NCBI GenBank assembly: GCA_041476105.1
Contig: JBGOSS010000015.1
Location: 2,829-66,828 of the forward strand
Direction: 5' to 3'
Source of the DNA: Gemmatimonadota bacterium
GTDB taxonomy: Bacteria; Gemmatimonadota; Gemmatimonadetes; Gemmatimonadales; JACORV01
DNA length: 64,000 nt
Numbering within the stretch: position 1 is the first letter of the stretch; every line of letters begins with the position of its first letter. Shown here piece by piece: positions 1-7,941 of the stretch. The translations under genes were made by a program, and so were the position numbers. Under the pieces are notes generated by a model, which worked only from the letters and a program-made list of their open reading frames with translations, did not search any database and had not been told where the DNA came from.

Positions 1-45
1 GTGACGAATGGCTTGTGGCAGTGGACGACGCGGACGCGCGAGTGA
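1..45 (+). CDS. 3' end of an upstream cassette ORF (partial, ...TNGLWQWTTRTRE*)
   Basis: Frame 1 is open from the window edge to TGA at 43-45, 15 nt before attC 1. Too short to identify. Confidence 0.2.
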   Translation: MTNGLWQWTTRTRE

Positions 46-60
46 TGCACTGGCGCCGAT

Positions 61-158
61 GCTTGACTACGGGTTGAAGCTGACGGCGCCCAGGTGGTGC
101 GTCGCCGCGGCCCCGGGCTGTGGTGGGGGCGCCGCAGCTTGACACCTGTCCGTTAGGC
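61..158 (+). repeat. attC recombination site 1
   Basis: R'' GCTTGAC 61-67, 5-nt spacer, L'' GTTGAAGCTGAC 73-84. L' GCAGCTTGAC 134-143, 8-nt spacer, R' GTTAGGC 152-158. The arms are complementary with single unpaired bases (GTTGAAGC vs GCTTGAC; TGACGGCGCC vs GGCGCCGCA). Confidence 0.8.
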
Positions 159-172
159 AGCCGCGCCCAACA

Positions 173-601
173 ATGCGAGGCCAGTGGGCACCCTTCGCGG
201 AGTCATGGCGCATCACAGCGCTACGCACCGGCTCGCTCGCCGTGGCAATCGGCATGGGGGTTGGCCTGTATCAGCGACAGCTGGCCGTGGTGCCGCTGGT
301 AACGGTGCTCGCGCTATGGTTCACCCTCGGTGGCCACTTCCTTGAGGTGCTCTTCCGAAACCAACTTGGCCGCCGCATCGGCGGCCAACCCAGGCAATCC
401 GTCGCTCGTCTGGCGTACTGGTTCGCGGGAGGGTCGGTGCTCTACGCGGGAGCACTGGCTACCCTCGCGCTCCTTACGGGTCGCCGTCCTGGCCCATGGC
501 CCTGGTGGGCCGGCGGCGTGGGCTTCGTCGTAGCGGAGCTCCTGATCCACCAGTTGCTTCGTGCGCGCGGACACGCCAGCTTCTACAATGGCCTCGGGTA
601 A
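173..601 (+). CDS. Cassette ORF: hypothetical integral membrane protein (142 aa)
   Basis: ATG is 15 nt after the attC1 core. Three to four hydrophobic segments (LAVVPLVTVLALWFTLGG, YWFAGGSVLYAGALATLALL, WWAGGVGFVVAELLI). Stop TAA 599-601 lies just before attC2. Confidence 0.65.
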   Translation: MRGQWAPFAESWRITALRTGSLAVAIGMGVGLYQRQLAVVPLVTVLALWFTLGGHFLEVLFRNQLGRRIGGQPRQSVARLAYWFAGGSVLYAGALATLALLTGRRPGPWPWWAGGVGFVVAELLIHQLLRARGHASFYNGLG

Positions 602-610
602 CGGTCGGCT

Positions 611-706
611 GCCTAACCATACGTTGAAGCTGTCGGCCGGGCCGACGTGTGGGGCCTCGCGCCGCTGCCTGTGGCCCGGCCGCCGCTTGACGCTTATCCG
701 TTAGCC
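611..706 (+). repeat. attC recombination site 2
   Basis: R'' GCCTAAC 611-617, spacer CATAC, L'' GTTGAAGCTGTC 623-634. Perfect inner stem CGGCCGGGCC / GGCCCGGCCG. L' GCTTGAC 685-691, 8-nt spacer, R' GTTAGCC 700-706. Flanks GGCTGCCTAAC / GTTAGCCAGC are complementary with one mismatch. Confidence 0.85.
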
Positions 707-719
707 AGCGGAGAACAGC

Positions 720-1196
720 ATGGCGCTCGGTGAAGTCCAAGTCGCGCACATCAGCAGCACCCCGCTTGCGGTCGTACGTCGCCAAGCACGCGTCTCCGAG
801 CTTGCCACGGCCGTTCCAGAGGGGTGCGGTGTGGTTTGGTCATTTGTTCGCGCCCACCAGCTCCGGGCCGGCCGGAACGTGGCGGTCTATTGGGACGGGA
901 CCATTCGTCTCGAAGTCGGCGTCGAACTGGATGGAGTGTTTCCGGAAGGAGGCGGGGTTGTTCGGTCGGCCACTCCAGCGGGCCCTGCCGCGTCGGTGGT
1001 ACACCTCGGGCCGTATGACCAACTCGGAGCGGCGCATCAGGCGATTCGCAATTGGTGTTCCGCCCACCATCGGCGGCTCGCGGGCCCGAACTGGGAGGTC
1101 TACGGCCACTGGCAGAATGACTGGGACGCCGATGCCTCCCGAATTCGTACCGATGTCTTCTACCAGTTGACGCCGGACGGCTCCTCGGCTGGCTAA
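720..1196 (+). CDS. Cassette ORF: GyrI-like small-molecule-binding domain protein
   Basis: 158 aa with the typical GyrI-like / AraC-effector-binding pattern (VAVYWDG...LEVGVEL, GPYDQLGAAHQAIRNWC, WEVYGHW). ATG is 14 nt after the attC2 core. Confidence 0.8.
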   Translation: MALGEVQVAHISSTPLAVVRRQARVSELATAVPEGCGVVWSFVRAHQLRAGRNVAVYWDGTIRLEVGVELDGVFPEGGGVVRSATPAGPAASVVHLGPYDQLGAAHQAIRNWCSAHHRRLAGPNWEVYGHWQNDWDADASRIRTDVFYQLTPDGSSAG

Positions 1197-1303
1197 CCAA
1201 GCGCTGAAGCCGACCGGCGCGGCCGGCCGGGAGGCTGCCTCGATCAACATCACGATAACAGCTCGGGACAGCGGTCAGTCCGCAGTCCGCTTGCGCGTTC
1301 ACG
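1191..1303 (+). repeat. attC-like site 3 (clear 5' half, degenerate 3' half)
   Basis: R'' GGCTAAC 1191-1197 contains stop TAA 1194-1196. Spacer CAAGC, L'' GCTGAAGCCGAC, closely matching site 5. L' GCTTGCGC 1289-1296 pairs with GCGCTGAAGC. The right core is only GTTCACG 1297-1303 and the spacing is abnormal. Confidence 0.4.
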
Positions 1304-1394
1304 CGCATCTGGACTCGGCGAGCCGAGTGCGCGGAGGCACCAGCAGATCGGTGCTGCCTAACTCTGCCAGGCGGGCATCTGCTGGAGTACTCGA

Positions 1395-2030
1395 ATGACG
1401 GTAGGCGTTCGCCAGTCCGCGGGCCTTGCCGGATTCGTCGGCTCCGGAGCCGTCGCGGGCGCAGCATCCGCCTTCGCTTTCACGGTCCTGCACCAGCTGC
1501 TCATCAGCCCCATCTGGTTCGCGCTCCCGATCAACCTCGTGGCCGGGGCGCTGTGCGGAGTGTGCCTCGCGTGGAGTTACGTCCTTGTCGTCTCCGCGCC
1601 AACGGTACGGAGTTGGCTGCAGTACAATGTTCTTTACCTGGTCATGTTTGTGGCACTCGGTCTCACCTCGTTGGTCGCGTTCGAACCCGTGACGACCATC
1701 AGCGCACTCCTCCAGACGAATGAGCCTCCGCGCGCCCTGATAGGCCGTGCGCTCCCCGTGACAGGCCTTTTCACGCTGGCAACGGCGGCGCTGCTGAGCA
1801 GGATCTACCGCCCGGGGTGGCGGAGGTCGGGCGGGCTCCTTGTGACGACGACCGTCCTCGTGCTATTCCTGGGTCTCAACATCTCGATTCTCGGGTTGGT
1901 CGCGATTCCCCGCAGCGGGGTGATCGTGCTCGCCGAGGTGCTTACGCTGCTTGTCGCAATCATGGCGGCGTATGTGGCTGTCGTCGTGGCGCTCAGCCGA
2001 GCCCGCTTTGCGAGCGCACCCAGCGCCTGA
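1395..2030 (+). CDS. Cassette ORF: hypothetical polytopic membrane protein (211 aa)
   Basis: GGAG lies 7 nt upstream of the ATG. Five to six hydrophobic helices. The stop TGA is embedded in the next left core. Confidence 0.7.
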   Translation: MTVGVRQSAGLAGFVGSGAVAGAASAFAFTVLHQLLISPIWFALPINLVAGALCGVCLAWSYVLVVSAPTVRSWLQYNVLYLVMFVALGLTSLVAFEPVTTISALLQTNEPPRALIGRALPVTGLFTLATAALLSRIYRPGWRRSGGLLVTTTVLVLFLGLNISILGLVAIPRSGVIVLAEVLTLLVAIMAAYVAVVVALSRARFASAPSA

Positions 2031-2116
2031 CTACGGTCTAAACCTGACGAGGCGCCCCGGGTCACATCCGCGCAGCCGCCATTGGCGTTTGCGTTTCAGG
2101 GCGTTACCGTGGAGGC
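2025..2116 (+). repeat. attC-like site 4 (degenerate right core)
   Basis: The 5' half GCCTGACTACGGTCTAAACCTGACGAGGCGCC is homologous to the 5' half of site 1 (GCTTGACTACGGGTTGAAGCTGACGGCGCC). The 3' half CGTTTCAGGGCGTTACCGT pairs with it with bulges. The right core is GTGGAGGC, with no GTT. Confidence 0.4.
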
Positions 2117-2223
2117 ATTCGGGTCACCGCCATCGCGAAGGCGTTCAGGTGCATGCAGCCTCACCATCGTGTCCGGGCAGCGAATGCCGTCGGCGCTGTC
2201 CATGGCATCTTGCCCTGGCGGGA

Positions 2224-3102
2224 ATGGCCCTCCTGGTCGGGCCGGCCTGCGCCGGACCCCCGCGCACAACCGCCGGGCATGAACCCGCATGGCGGACACC
2301 GACTTCTCCCCCATCGTGGATGCAGGGGGTGTGGACCCGTGAATGGATTGAGGTCAACGGCGTGCGCTCCAGCCGGTTCGCCGTCCACTATCTTCAGACC
2401 CCCAGCCTGTTTGCGGATGTGCGTTTGCCCATCCAGCGCCCGGCCTTCGCCCATGCCACCTCGTTCGCTGATCTGACCGATGACGAACTCCTGCTGCTCG
2501 CCAAGCAGCGAGGCTTCACTGGTCGCGTTACCGCCGTGGGTGACACGATTACCTGGCAGCACGAGATCGACTTTCAACCGCCTGACGGTACGCCTGACAT
2601 CGGCCGCGTGCAGCGCATCGGCCCCACCCAGATGTACGAACACGCTCTCGACAGCTCCTATGTGGAATCGTGGCGGTCAGTGGCCTCGGGCGATGAGGCG
2701 TTCCTCGTGGTTCGCGTTGAGCGGGCGGGCCGGCTGGATCAGATTCTCTTGGTCGCGAGTGACTATTTCCTCTACGTTCGGAATCGGTCGGCTGACCTTC
2801 CCGTCGCGAAATCCCTTGACTCGCTGATCGTGGCCACACGCGCGTCTCGTACGCAGATCATCGCGCTTCTCGATTGCGAGTTTTCAACAGGGCGCGTGCG
2901 CGCCGGCTCGGTCCCGTGGGAGATCCAGGCATCCACCCTCCCTTGGCGGGAGGGCCACCAGCTTGCGTTCGCCAACGCTATTGCCGTCTTGCCCGACTCC
3001 ATCCACCTGAGCGTGCACGTCAGTTCTACAGAGCGGTGGGTGGTGCCGATCAACACCCTGCCCAAAGCGGTCCTGGTAGCCCTCTTCCCCACTACGAGGT
3101 AA
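2224..3102 (+). CDS. Cassette ORF: hypothetical protein (start uncertain; ATG 2224 or 2320)
   Basis: Only the C-terminal ~260 aa of the 1951..3102 ORF looks protein-like (WTREWIEVNGVRS...DYFLYVRNRSADLP...). The part upstream of 2116 overlaps the previous gene and attC4. Confidence 0.55.
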   Translation: MALLVGPACAGPPRTTAGHEPAWRTPTSPPSWMQGVWTREWIEVNGVRSSRFAVHYLQTPSLFADVRLPIQRPAFAHATSFADLTDDELLLLAKQRGFTGRVTAVGDTITWQHEIDFQPPDGTPDIGRVQRIGPTQMYEHALDSSYVESWRSVASGDEAFLVVRVERAGRLDQILLVASDYFLYVRNRSADLPVAKSLDSLIVATRASRTQIIALLDCEFSTGRVRAGSVPWEIQASTLPWREGHQLAFANAIAVLPDSIHLSVHVSSTERWVVPINTLPKAVLVALFPTTR

Positions 3103-3115
3103 GTCGGCTGCTGAC

Positions 3116-3214
3116 GTCTAGCCAAGCGTTAAAGCCGCCGGCGCGGCCCGCCGCGTGTGCTATCTTCCCGCTGCGGGGCGGCCGCGAGCGCGGCTTGACG
3201 CCGGTCCGTGAGGC
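3116..3214 (+). repeat. attC recombination site 5
   Basis: R'' GTCTAGC 3116-3122, spacer CAAGC, L'' GTTAAAGCCGCC 3128-3139. L' GCGGCTTGAC 3190-3199, 8-nt spacer, R' GTGAGGC 3208-3214. Inner stems GGCGCGGCC / GGCCGCG. Confidence 0.75.
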
Positions 3215-3322
3215 CGCCAAGGCAGCGCGCTCTTGTCCGGTGCGGTTGGACCGTATCGAACGGAGGTACCATGAGTCCTGACACTGCGATCCGGTTACGC
3301 CGGGGTTTGCTGCGCGAGGACC

Positions 3323-3652
3323 ATGGCATACGATGAGAAGCTCGCCGATCGCGTCCGCCGGGAGCTTGGCGACCGCCGGGGCGTAGCCGAAAAGAGGATG
3401 TTCGGTGGCCTGGCCTTCATGTTGCACGGCAACATGGTATGCGGCGTCCTCGGCTCGGATCTCGTTGTAAGGGTCGGCCCTCAAGCGCATGAGGCTGAGT
3501 TGCGGCGTCCGCATGCCCGGGTCATGGATTTCACACACCGACCGATGAAGGGCTATCTGTACGTCGGGCCCAAGGGCATGGCCACGGCGGCGTCGCTGCG
3601 TTCGCGGCTGAAGCCTGCGCTTGCCTTTGTCGGCTCGCTGCCGCGCAAGTGA
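3323..3652 (+). CDS. TfoX N-terminal domain protein
   Basis: 109 aa with the MFGGLAFMLHGNMVCGV motif typical of TfoX_N. GAGGA lies 5 nt upstream of the ATG. Confidence 0.85.
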   Translation: MAYDEKLADRVRRELGDRRGVAEKRMFGGLAFMLHGNMVCGVLGSDLVVRVGPQAHEAELRRPHARVMDFTHRPMKGYLYVGPKGMATAASLRSRLKPALAFVGSLPRK

Positions 3653-3715
3653 CCCAGTGTGTTGCGGGACTCGTAGTTCAAGAGCGTTCGTTCGGCGCAC
3701 GACGCACTACCGCGA

Positions 3716-4117
3716 ATGCGAGCGCGCAGCATGACTGTCCGCATTGTTCGCCTCGGTGTACCGCGGAGCCCCGATGAGGGGCTGCGTATCGGAACCGTGC
3801 GGCGTCCACCCCGCGGCGTCCCGAAGAGTCAATATGCCGCGCAGAACTGGTACGACGTGTGGTTCCCCGAGCTGGCGCCGAGCGCACCAACGGTGAAGCT
3901 CGCGTTGGCCGCCAGGACCCAGCGCCAATGGGACGCGTTCGCAAAGCGGTATCGTGCCGAGTTGGCAGCGCCCGAGAAGACGAGAATTCTGAGGCTGCTG
4001 GCGGCATTGTCGCGGCAGGCAAACTTCTCGGTTGGGTGCTACTGTACGGACGAGACCCGTTGCCACCGGTCGGTGTTGCGCGCGCTGCTGAAGGAGCAGG
4101 GCGCACACCTCGCCTGA
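3716..4117 (+). CDS. DUF488 family protein
   Basis: Family pattern RIVRLG...PRG...WFPELAPS...F..RY..EL...LLCYC.....CHR. The alternative ATG at 3731 gives the usual N-terminus. No attC lies between it and tfoX-like, so this may be a two-gene cassette. Confidence 0.85.
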   Translation: MRARSMTVRIVRLGVPRSPDEGLRIGTVRRPPRGVPKSQYAAQNWYDVWFPELAPSAPTVKLALAARTQRQWDAFAKRYRAELAAPEKTRILRLLAALSRQANFSVGCYCTDETRCHRSVLRALLKEQGAHLA

Positions 4118-4194
4118 GTTGAGCGTACGGTCCAGGCCGGCTGGTGAGTGACGCCTCACGGGCCGCGGAAGTGCACACCATTTCCTGTCAAGGC
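4112..4194 (+). repeat. Possible decayed attC (site 6)
   Basis: The left core GCCTGAG contains stop TGA 4115-4117. The 3' end TTCCTGTCAAGGCAGAGCC aligns with the site 1 3' end ACCTGTCCGTTAGGCAGCC but has lost the GTT. Arm pairing is weak. Confidence 0.25.
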
Positions 4195-4224
4195 AGAGCC
4201 GCACTCACGTCGGGGCGTGCGCGT

Positions 4225-4590
4225 GTGAATCGAAGTCTGTCGCAGGCACTGGCCGCGTTTCGAGTCGTGCTCGGCGCCTCTCTTCTGTACGGAAGCGCCG
4301 CCACGGCGATTGCCGCAGGGGTCAACGCGGCGGTCAACCACGCCGGCCGCCTCCCTGTTCTCTTGCTGGCCAGTGTCGAGGCTGTGGGAGCGCTCTTGCT
4401 GCTTCTCCCGCGCACCCGGCAACCCGGCGCGGTGCTTCTCATTCTGACGATCGGGCTGGCCTTCATGGTCCACCTGGTGGGGCGCGACTTTCGACCGGAT
4501 CTCCTGGTGTACCTGGCCGGCGTCGCGCTGGTAGCCGTGCATGACCGATCGACGCGAACCGGTTCGCGTGCGGCCGCGACCGCGGCGTGA
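4225..4590 (+). CDS. Cassette ORF: DoxX-like small membrane protein
   Basis: GTG 4225 (VNRSLSQALAAFRVVLGASLLYG...) follows the putative core. Four hydrophobic helices. The ORF-track start at 4144 would overlap the attC-like element. Confidence 0.55.
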   Translation: MNRSLSQALAAFRVVLGASLLYGSAATAIAAGVNAAVNHAGRLPVLLLASVEAVGALLLLLPRTRQPGAVLLILTIGLAFMVHLVGRDFRPDLLVYLAGVALVAVHDRSTRTGSRAAATAA

Positions 4591-4800
4591 CGCCGATCCG
4601 CCAGCCAGCGCTCTGAGACCTCGGAGGGGCCATGCCCAGGTGGCGGAAGCCTACGCGCTGGCGTGACAGGTCTTGCTGGTGATCGCCGGACAGGATATTC
4701 CTTCGCTGCTCAGTCGGCACCGGGCGCTGCTGCGGCTGAAGGTGCCCGCCGTCGTCTGGCGCACTGTTCCGGCTGTCGGTGGCGAGCACCGCAGCGCAAC

Positions 4801-4901
4801 GCCTATCCGCTAGGTGGCCGCCTCTGCCATTTCCAACCACTGTCCGTATCTCGCGAACACTCAGGACGCCGGCTCTTGCAGCTTGACCCCCTGCGTTAGG
4901 C
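4801..4901 (+). repeat. attC recombination site 7 (right half firm, left boundary uncertain)
   Basis: L' GCAGCTTGAC 4878-4887 is identical to site 1. 7-nt spacer, canonical R' GTTAGGC 4895-4901. The best left core is GCCTATC 4801-4807 (one mismatch to GCCTAAC), but L'' pairing is poor. Confidence 0.55.
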
Positions 4902-4967
4902 GCCGATCCTGCTGCTGGCCAGCCACGAAGAAGCACGACTCTCTCTCTCACAGTGGGAGGCGCGTTC

Positions 4968-5156
4968 ATGAAGGCCTATGTCATGACCACCGGCGCGGTC
5001 TTCGGTCTGCTCACGCTGGTTCACATCTGGCGCGCCATCGAGGAAGGGCCGCACCTCGCGACCGACCCCTGGTATGTGCTCGTCACGGTTGTCGCGGCGG
5101 CGCTGTGCCTCTGGGCGTGCCGCGTGCTTTGGCTGGCTCGGCGGCCGACACCGTAG
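4968..5156 (+). CDS. Cassette ORF: small two-helix membrane protein (62 aa)
   Basis: GGGAGG 4956-4961 lies 6 nt before ATG 4968. Sequence MKAYVMTTGAVFGLLTLVHIW...YVLVTVVAAALCLWACRVLWL. Confidence 0.55.
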   Translation: MKAYVMTTGAVFGLLTLVHIWRAIEEGPHLATDPWYVLVTVVAAALCLWACRVLWLARRPTP

Positions 5157-5209
5157 CTACGGCGACCGGGAGTGCGAGGTTCGCGACCCGAACGGCTCCG
5201 TCCCGGTGT

Positions 5210-6517
5210 TCAGTGATTTGATCGAGTGAGGATGCGCACGATCTCGGGCTGCCGGAAAAAGTCGGCCCAGCCGATCGCGTCGCCGTCGTGTTTGCTGTCG
5301 CGGATGCCCGGGTCGGCGCCGGCCGCGAGCAGCAGGCGCACGATGGCGGCGTGACCCTGGGCAGCCGCCAGGTGTAACGGAGTCACCTCGGCGTCCCAAT
5401 GGCTCCAGCGGGCATTGGGGTCCACGCCGTGGTCGAGGAGCCACGTGACCGCCACCACGTCGCTCCGCTTGGCCATCAGGTGCAACATGCCGCCATGCGC
5501 GGCGCCGGGCCCGATCAGGCCCGGAGTCTCGCGCACCAGCCGCTCGGCCATCTCCCAGTCCCCCAACGCCAGGGCGGCGATGAGATCCAGCGTGCCGCCG
5601 CGCGGCGGGCGGTGCCCCCGTTCGGCGCTGACCAGCTCCGCCGACGTCATGGCGCGGATCACCTCCATCACCCGCCGGTCGGTGTTGGAGGCGGTCGCAT
5701 AGGCCATGGCGGGGAAGCCGGACCCATCGACCGCCAACGGATCGGCACCCAGTTCCATCAGCAGCGAGACCATCTCCGGAAGATTCTTCAGCACCGCGAA
5801 ATGCAGCGGCAGGCGGTGATTCTCGTTGCGGCTCTGCCGGGTGTTCAGCATTGCCGGGTCGGCCGCCACGATCCGGCGAACCTCCTCCGCGAGCCCGATC
5901 GCGATCGCCGAGAAGATGTGGTGCCGCGCCCCGCGGCTGACCAGGAATGCGGCGACGGCCCTGTGGGTGGCGTCGTCGCACCCGTCCCAGCACGTCGCCC
6001 AACCGATGACCTCCAGCTCGTGATCGTCGCCATGACCGATGACGTCACCGCCCGCGTCGGCCAGGCGGCGCACGACGTCCAGGTGACCGGCCGCCGCGGC
6101 CCAGTGCATCGCGTAGGTGTTGTCTCCCTTCTCGCGGGTGTTCACGTCCAGGCCGCGCCCGAGCAGGAGGTCCACCGTTGCCAGGTGCCCGCCTTCGGCC
6201 GCCGCGTGCAGCAACGACCACTCGTAGGGCGCGTTCCGGCCGTGCAGCCTTTCCGGGTGTTGATCGAGCAGCGCTCCCAGGGCGCCGGCGTCGCCGCTCT
6301 TCGCGGCGCCGAACAGCTTGCCGTCCAGCGTCAGTGAATCGACGTGCGCCTTGAGCGCCCGCCAGCCCGAAAACCCGTACTGCCTGGCCAGGTCGAGCTG
6401 CGCGTCGGCCAGCTTGGCGGCCGGCTGCTCCTTCCGCAGCTCCTCGAGCCGGCGCTTGGCCTGCTTGCGGAGCCAGTCGAGGTTGGGGGCGTCAGGGAGT
6501 GAAAGCGGAGTGGACAT
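5210..6517 (-). CDS. Ankyrin-repeat protein
   Basis: 435 aa from ATG 6517 (MSTPLSLPD...). Multiple ANK motifs (LLHAAAEGGHLATVDLLLGRGLDVN, AMHWAAAAGHLDVVRRLADAGGDV, TPLHLAAAQGHAAIVRLLLAAGADP). Confidence 0.9.
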   Translation of the reverse strand: MSTPLSLPDAPNLDWLRKQAKRRLEELRKEQPAAKLADAQLDLARQYGFSGWRALKAHVDSLTLDGKLFGAAKSGDAGALGALLDQHPERLHGRNAPYEWSLLHAAAEGGHLATVDLLLGRGLDVNTREKGDNTYAMHWAAAAGHLDVVRRLADAGGDVIGHGDDHELEVIGWATCWDGCDDATHRAVAAFLVSRGARHHIFSAIAIGLAEEVRRIVAADPAMLNTRQSRNENHRLPLHFAVLKNLPEMVSLLMELGADPLAVDGSGFPAMAYATASNTDRRVMEVIRAMTSAELVSAERGHRPPRGGTLDLIAALALGDWEMAERLVRETPGLIGPGAAHGGMLHLMAKRSDVVAVTWLLDHGVDPNARWSHWDAEVTPLHLAAAQGHAAIVRLLLAAGADPGIRDSKHDGDAIGWADFFRQPEIVRILTRSNH

Positions 6518-6786
6518 GAGGCACCTTCCTTCCCTGGAAAGGGCAAGCCCTTTCGTGCCGCCCGTCGTCCGCAGTTGGGGCGAGGAAGAGAAGGTGATGC
6601 GGCCCCGTTGGCCGCCCTCGCGGCGCTGCATCAATGGTACGGCCGGGGTGCGAGCGCGACAAGAGATCGCTCGCTCTCCGGCGATGGGTTTGCGATTGCG
6701 GTCGCCGCCAGCCACATTCTGTCCCGGTGACCGACCAGCCGCCAATTCCAGAACGCGACGCTGTTCGAGTCCGGGTCCTGGCGGCG

Positions 6787-7803
6787 GTGCGCCGCCTCGG
6801 GCTGGTGATCGCATCCCTCGCGCTCGCCATCGTCGCGACGGACATCGTGCTGCGCGTGCGCCCGGAGTATCGCCCTTACCCGCGCTTCTACGTGGGCCAG
6901 ATGACCAACCGGGTCAGCCCCAACTATGCCCCCGACGCTCTTCTCGGCTGGCGGATGCGCCCCAACGACACGCTGCATTGGGGTGGGAGCAGCACCGTGA
7001 TGGCGTCCACCTACGTCAGCAACGCGCAAGGATGGCGCAGCCCGGTGGACTTTTCGGCCACCTGCGGCAAGCCGCGCGTCATCCTGATCGGCGACTCGTA
7101 CATCTTCGGCACCGGCGCGAACTATGCGCAGACCATCGCCGCGAGGCTCGCCGACAGTCTCGCCCACCGGGCCGACGTCTACAACATGGGCATGGCCGGG
7201 TACGGCATGGACCAGATGTGGATGATGCTGCGCCACGAGGCCCTGGCCCTGTGCCCCTCGCTCTTGGTGGTGGGGTTCATCGACGACGACTGGAACCGCA
7301 GCCAGAATGCGTTCCGGCGCGACCAGGGCTTCAACAAGCCGACCTTCGTCCTGGACCACGACACGCTGCGCCCGGCGACGCAGGCCGACACGCCCATCGG
7401 CCCGGTGAAGTGGATCGAACGCCACTCGGCGATCTGGCGTCTCACCACGACGGCGATGCGCACCTGGGCCTACCGGACCGGGCACACGAACTGGTTCCGC
7501 CTGAATGCGATGCTGATGGCGGCGATGGCGCGCGACGCACGCGCGGCCGGCGTCCCGGTGCTCTTTGTGCGGTGGCCGAACAAGCGCGGCGCATGGCGCG
7601 GATCCCCGGCGCTGCGCGTCTTCATGGACAGCATCGGGGCGCCCTTCATCGACCTCGCGGACCCGTCGCTCGAGCGCCACGACATTCATTTCGCGATGGA
7701 CGACCACCTCAACGCGCGTGGCGTAGGGTATGCGGCCTCGGCGATCCTCGGCTGGCTGCGCCGGCGCGAGCCTCCCGGTCTGCCCGGCCTGCCGAACCCG
7801 TAG
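6787..7803 (+). CDS. SGNH/GDSL-type hydrolase with N-terminal membrane anchor
   Basis: GTG 6787 gives MRRLGLVIASLALAIVATD, a signal anchor. Block I is VILIGDSYIFG. The C-terminal DDHLNARG resembles the DxxH block. Ends in a Pro-rich tail, PPGLPGLPNP, then TAG. Confidence 0.7.
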   Translation: MRRLGLVIASLALAIVATDIVLRVRPEYRPYPRFYVGQMTNRVSPNYAPDALLGWRMRPNDTLHWGGSSTVMASTYVSNAQGWRSPVDFSATCGKPRVILIGDSYIFGTGANYAQTIAARLADSLAHRADVYNMGMAGYGMDQMWMMLRHEALALCPSLLVVGFIDDDWNRSQNAFRRDQGFNKPTFVLDHDTLRPATQADTPIGPVKWIERHSAIWRLTTTAMRTWAYRTGHTNWFRLNAMLMAAMARDARAAGVPVLFVRWPNKRGAWRGSPALRVFMDSIGAPFIDLADPSLERHDIHFAMDDHLNARGVGYAASAILGWLRRREPPGLPGLPNP

Positions 7804-7941
7804 CGGAGACTCTCCACGTTCATCCTGGCCCGCGCGGCGACCTACTCGACACTTTTCATCGGACTACTGCTCGTCTTTCTGCCGGGCCGCGTACTCTCGT
7901 GGTCGGGCGTCGCTCGACCCTCGGCACTCGGGCCTGTCGAG

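Larger units (their letters stand above)
1..4901 (+). mobile_element. Integron-type gene cassette array (attC-bounded cassettes; integrase/attI not inside window, expected to the left)
   Basis: Eight small, functionally unrelated same-strand ORFs form 7 candidate cassettes (one carries two ORFs). They are separated by about 80-110 bp imperfect inverted repeats with an RYYYAAC-like left core and a GTTRRRY right core. ORF stop codons sit inside or just before the left core, and the next ORF starts 14-110 nt after the right core. Confidence 0.8.

Noticed and set aside
139-144. TTGACA/TTGAC boxes upstream of several cassette ORFs read as -35 promoter elements
   Set aside because: No -10 lies at a suitable spacing. 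The TTGAC is part of the conserved attC L' box (GCTTGAC), pairing with GTTGAAGC in the left arm.
4663-4899. 78-aa ORF in the ORF-less part of the array
   Set aside because: Ala/Arg/Gly-rich with no SD, and it runs through the attC 7 arms.
5150-5213. Possible eighth attC after the 4968..5156 ORF (CCGTAGC-TACGG-CGACCGGGAG ... TCCCGGTGTTCAGT)
   Set aside because: It shares the TACGG spacer and has an ACCGGGA/TCCCGGT stem. However, the cores are not complementary, the right core GTTCAGT is poor, and the element overlaps the ankyrin stop. Too weak to call.
6530-6613. GTTGGCC at 6607-6613 as an attC core closing an inverted ankyrin cassette
   Set aside because: No matching left core or L boxes, and no convincing arm complementarity.
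7801-7803. TAG as pyrrolysine or programmed readthrough
   Set aside because: No Pyl machinery context and no known PYLIS-like requirement. A rare start codon, a mutation or a sequencing error are more parsimonious. It is kept only as an anomaly.
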